The notes under the pieces were generated by a model. The model did no database searches. It had not been told where the DNA came from and saw only the letters and a program-made list of their open reading frames with translations. A stretch of 64,000 nt of DNA from Candidatus Cryptobacteroides sp. (lineage in GTDB: Bacteria; Bacteroidota; Bacteroidia; Bacteroidales; UBA932), in assembly GCA_045635205.1 (NCBI GenBank), contig JAZRBS010000025.1, positions 3,279 through 67,278 on the forward strand. Direction: 5' to 3'. The position numbers and the translations under genes were made by a program. Shown piece by piece: positions 63,531 to 64,000 of the stretch (the stretch's first letter is position 1; every line of letters starts with the position of its first letter).

Positions 63531-64000
63531 ATGAAAAAGTGGCTCAAACAATTTGCAACAGAAGACTGGATTATAGTCTTCGCAGGCGCCATAATCCTTG
63601 CACTGACTGCAATCTTTCCTGATTCTATGCCAAGAATGCCCAAAACTCTGTCTTCCGTTTCAGATTGGCTTTCAGCAGGTTATATGTTCGTTTTTGTTTT
63701 TGTTATGACTATGGTAACCTCGCTGTTTATGGGCAAGAAGGCTAAAGACTTAGTCTGGGTTCTTCCTTCTCTTCTTGTTATATTCGGCCTGACTTTATGT
63801 GCACAGGTACTAGCCAATATCCCAGTAATCAAGAAGTTCGGATTTGAGTCAGTTTTCTTCGCGGTGATCCTGGGACTTTTTATCAGTAACTGTTTCAAGG
63901 TTCCGTCTTGGCTGAAGGCTGCTGTCAATAGTGAATTCTATATAAAGATAGGTATTATATGCCTTGGTTCGACGATTCTGTTCGCTAATGTGATGAAATC
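63531..64000 (+). CDS. Putative sulfate exporter (YeiH-like) membrane protein, runs off the window
   Basis: Open frame MKKWLKQFATEDW...FESVFFAVILGLFISN...EFYIKIGIICLG. Confidence 0.8.
   Translation, partial: MKKWLKQFATEDWIIVFAGAIILALTAIFPDSMPRMPKTLSSVSDWLSAGYMFVFVFVMTMVTSLFMGKKAKDLVWVLPSLLVIFGLTLCAQVLANIPVIKKFGFESVFFAVILGLFISNCFKVPSWLKAAVNSEFYIKIGIICLGSTILFANVMK

Overview
This is a mostly core chromosomal window from an anaerobic Bacteroidales. The assignment rests on TAnnTTTG promoters, a short primary sigma factor without region 1.1, the dnaN-exonuclease-FAA-hydrolase operon and the divergent tamB/tsaD pair. The left end (1-8441) is an accessory sugar locus: a GH3 lipoprotein, GH2 beta-galactosidase, ribokinase, a GRP-type transporter, an SDR and a truncated gene. 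It is followed by a hicAB toxin-antitoxin cassette and a BlaI / M56-TonB / TPR operon. The remainder is largely housekeeping (mtaB, folB, tsaD, cdd, mnmA, catalase, dnaN, degP, rpoD, argS, rbr, tex, pyrC, trmO, trpS), with an SRP RNA, tRNA-Thr(CGT) and an isolated type V pilin-like gene. The most unusual signals are non-coding or sub-threshold. The hicAB transcript ends share a perfect 13-bp complementarity covering the toxin initiation region, and an 85-nt hairpin buries the catalase AUG. There are also two unannotated small ORFs (a 43-aa acidic YxxP peptide before the pilin and a 45-aa membrane peptide coupled to an acyl-CoA ligase), an internal lipobox-like motif in the M56-TonB protein, and a structured repeat element after tex. 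All calls come from reading the sequence; no searches or folding programs were run.
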